Shown here piece after piece: positions 62,162 through 64,000 of a DNA stretch of 64,000 bases. The notes under the pieces were generated by a model. That model was not told the DNA's origin, made no database searches, and saw nothing but the letters and a program-made list of their open reading frames with translations. Source of the stretch: Aridibacter sp. (GTDB taxonomy: Bacteria > Acidobacteriota > Blastocatellia > Pyrinomonadales > Pyrinomonadaceae); contig OZ244151.1 of assembly GCA_965216195.1 (NCBI GenBank), positions 2,510,761 to 2,574,760 on the forward strand, written 5' to 3'. The position numbers and the translations under genes are program-made. Position 1 is the stretch's first letter. Each line of letters starts with the position of its first letter.

Positions 62162-63112
62162 TTAAGGAATCACGGATTCATGAATATCTTCTCGCGATGG
62201 CAAGGGTGCTTTTGCCTCCTCCTCTGATAATTCGCGATATGAGCAAACCTTGTTTCTGCCAAGACTTTTTGCTCGGTAAAGAGCAGAATCCGCCATCTCA
62301 ACCAACTCAATCGGATCGGTCGAATCATCGGGAAAAGACGAAACGCCGATGCTGATTGTGATCTTATGTTTCTCAGTGGGTTTTCCGGTGCGTACAACAC
62401 TAAAATCAAATTCTTCGATAGAAGATCTTATCCTTTCCGCCGCCACCAAGGCCTGCGGCAATTCAGCACTTAATAAAAATGCCGCAAACTCCTCGCCTCC
62501 AAATCTTGCTGCGACGTCACCCGAACGCAATGTGCCGGTTATGCATTGACCAATTTCTTCAAGTGTTTTGCTGCCCGTAAGATGCCCATAGGTGTCGTTT
62601 ACGAGTTTGAAAAAATCGATGTCCATCATCAATACACAAAAGTTACCGCCAAACTGCTTTGCGCGCGCAGATTCTCTTCTTAGTTCCGAAAAAAAAGAGC
62701 GGCTTGAAAGAAGTCCCGTTAAATCGTCGTGCGCGAGCAGCCGATGGATTTGCTGTTGATACTCGCGATCAATTTCGTCTAAGAGTTCGAAACGCAGAAT
62801 ATGTTTCCCGACGGTTATCTTGTCGCCGTTTTGAAGCTGCACGCTATCGATGTGTTGACCATTAAGAAAAGTTCCGTTGCTCGATCCCAAATCTTTAAGT
62901 TCGTAAGTGGTTTCCCCATCGGATGTCTGGCTCATGACAATTTTTGCGTGCTCTCGAGAAACCTTGGAATCATTGATACGAACATCCGCACCTATCGCCC
63001 TGCCGAGAATTACCTCCTCGCGCTCAAGCGGAATCGGAACGGCAAGTAGATCTCCGTTAAGAAATACGAGTGATGCCGTGAGGTCGCGTTTCGGGCGTGT
63101 GTTTTGAGTCAT
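62162..63112 (-). CDS. FHA domain-containing diguanylate cyclase (FHA + GGDEF)
   Basis: FHA: VILGRA...SREHAKI...GSSNGTFLNGQHI. GGDEF domain with active-site RFGGEEFA. Confidence 0.9.
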   Translation of the reverse strand: MTQNTRPKRDLTASLVFLNGDLLAVPIPLEREEVILGRAIGADVRINDSKVSREHAKIVMSQTSDGETTYELKDLGSSNGTFLNGQHIDSVQLQNGDKITVGKHILRFELLDEIDREYQQQIHRLLAHDDLTGLLSSRSFFSELRRESARAKQFGGNFCVLMMDIDFFKLVNDTYGHLTGSKTLEEIGQCITGTLRSGDVAARFGGEEFAAFLLSAELPQALVAAERIRSSIEEFDFSVVRTGKPTEKHKITISIGVSSFPDDSTDPIELVEMADSALYRAKSLGRNKVCSYRELSEEEAKAPLPSREDIHESVIP

Positions 63113-63259
63113 GATCTTATCGAGCGGGAGATGCAGACTTGTGAATAAGCCTTTTTATAGAATAACTTATCCTGGGTTCGGTTATCCAGTAAAATTTGCC
63201 GCTGCTTCCAATACGGCGGCATTTGTAAATCGTAATTTTTTAATCCATATTTTCTGATA

Positions 63260-64000
63260 GTGCGTATTTTATTTGTAAAACTAAGCAGCATCGGAGACAT
63301 CGTACATACATTACCTGCACTTTCGGCTGTAAATAAGGCCTTGCCGGATAGCAACATATCTTGGGCAGTGGAAAAACGCTGCGCCGAAGTACTCAGAAAC
63401 AACCCCTTGATTTCACGACTCATCGAAGTAGATACAAAAGCTCTGAGACGTGTTAATTTGTTTGGGAAGACACTAAAAACTGCGAAATCGCAGTTTCAAG
63501 AATTACGCGCCTCAGAGTTTGACCTCGCAATAGATTTTCAAGGACTCCTCAAATCAGCTTCAATTACAAAGCTCGCGAAGGCAACGAAAAAATTTGGATT
63601 TTCCGAGAGAAATCTGCGCGAGCCTGCGAGCCGCGTATTGCTTGGCAATTCAATCGATGTCGAACCAAGACAAAATATCATTTTGAAAAATATCGACTTG
63701 GCAGAGAGTTCGTTGAAACAATTTCTGCAAGCTGATGATTTCAGGCTCGATCAGGAGACGTTTGATTTTCCTATCTCGACTGACGAATCTCAGAAAAAGG
63801 AGGCTTCGGATCTCGCGGAAAGAATTGGCGGGAAATTCGCGATCTTAAATCCTGGTGGCGGCTTCGTTACGAAGCTATGGCATCCAGAGAAATATGGAAA
63901 ACTAGCTGACGAGCTGTGGGAAAAGTTCGGATTGAAGTCAGCTATCTTAACCACTCCAAGCGAAATGAAACTCGCCAGTTCAGCCTTGGCAAGCTGCCTT
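63260..64000 (+). CDS. Glycosyltransferase family 9 (heptosyltransferase-like), 3' end outside window
   Basis: GTG start giving MRILFVKLSSIGDIVHTLPALSAVNKALPDSNISWAVE... then FDLAIDFQGLLKSA and ILNPGGG. The frame is open to nt 64000. Absent from the ORF track because it has no stop. Confidence 0.85.
   Translation, partial: MRILFVKLSSIGDIVHTLPALSAVNKALPDSNISWAVEKRCAEVLRNNPLISRLIEVDTKALRRVNLFGKTLKTAKSQFQELRASEFDLAIDFQGLLKSASITKLAKATKKFGFSERNLREPASRVLLGNSIDVEPRQNIILKNIDLAESSLKQFLQADDFRLDQETFDFPISTDESQKKEASDLAERIGGKFAILNPGGGFVTKLWHPEKYGKLADELWEKFGLKSAILTTPSEMKLASSALASCL

Noticed and set aside
63109-63423. 104-aa ORF on the minus strand, upstream of the FHA-GGDEF gene.
   Set aside because: It overlaps the 5' part of a convincing plus-strand GT9 heptosyltransferase ORF (MRILFVKLSSIGDIVHTLPAL...), which is open to the window end. 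The minus-strand translation has no features.

Overview
This is a 64-kb chromosomal window with about 55 protein-coding genes. I saw no rRNA, tRNA or CRISPR array. All functional calls rest on motifs read by eye; no database search was run. The gene content is consistent with an Acidobacteriota-like Gram-negative bacterium, but that is inference only. It rests on a TonB-dependent receptor tail, sodN/sodX (Ni-SOD), an RRM RNA-binding protein, sigma-54 machinery, and four-helix-bundle and GxxExxY genes.

Main blocks:
- 1-13.5 kb: housekeeping and peptidase genes. These include an NtrC-type regulator, sppA, an S46 peptidase, rsmI and lipB. A perfect sigma-54 promoter sits in front of an Arg/Asn/Tyr-rich secreted repeat protein. 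One spacer holds an IS-remnant and a hairpin cluster.
- 13.6-21.9 kb: the mreB-mreC-mreD-mrdA-rodA-mrcA cell-elongation operon.
- 22.2-30.8 kb: a TetR-controlled RND efflux operon (MFP, RND, SRPBCC, 4-TM protein, TolC).
- 31-47.5 kb: mixed genes. These are DUF883, a B12-radical SAM protein, an RRM protein, a 1046-aa NorD/CbbO-like VWA protein, cyclophilin, an FHA-TM-M15-like protein, an M16 peptidase, lipA, TraB/GumN, sodN-sodX and an MDR oxidoreductase.
- 47.7-62 kb: a 14-gene co-directional cluster for reductive pyrimidine catabolism. It holds AbgT, PreT-like, RidA, beta-ureidopropionase, mmsA, an NCS1 permease, dihydropyrimidinase and a class III aminotransferase.
- 62.2-64 kb: an FHA-GGDEF protein and a partial GT9 heptosyltransferase.

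The most interesting signal is not a single gene. It is a population of short palindromic elements built from repeated 7-8 nt words, which occupy operon spacers. The same element families occur in three states:
- empty;
- loaded with one small gene (the four-helix-bundle gene or the GxxExxY gene);
- embedded in frame inside host ORFs (the RND permease and PreT).

Two REP-flanked IS200-like (RAYT) genes and three A+T-rich orphan genes also lie inside the pyrimidine operon.
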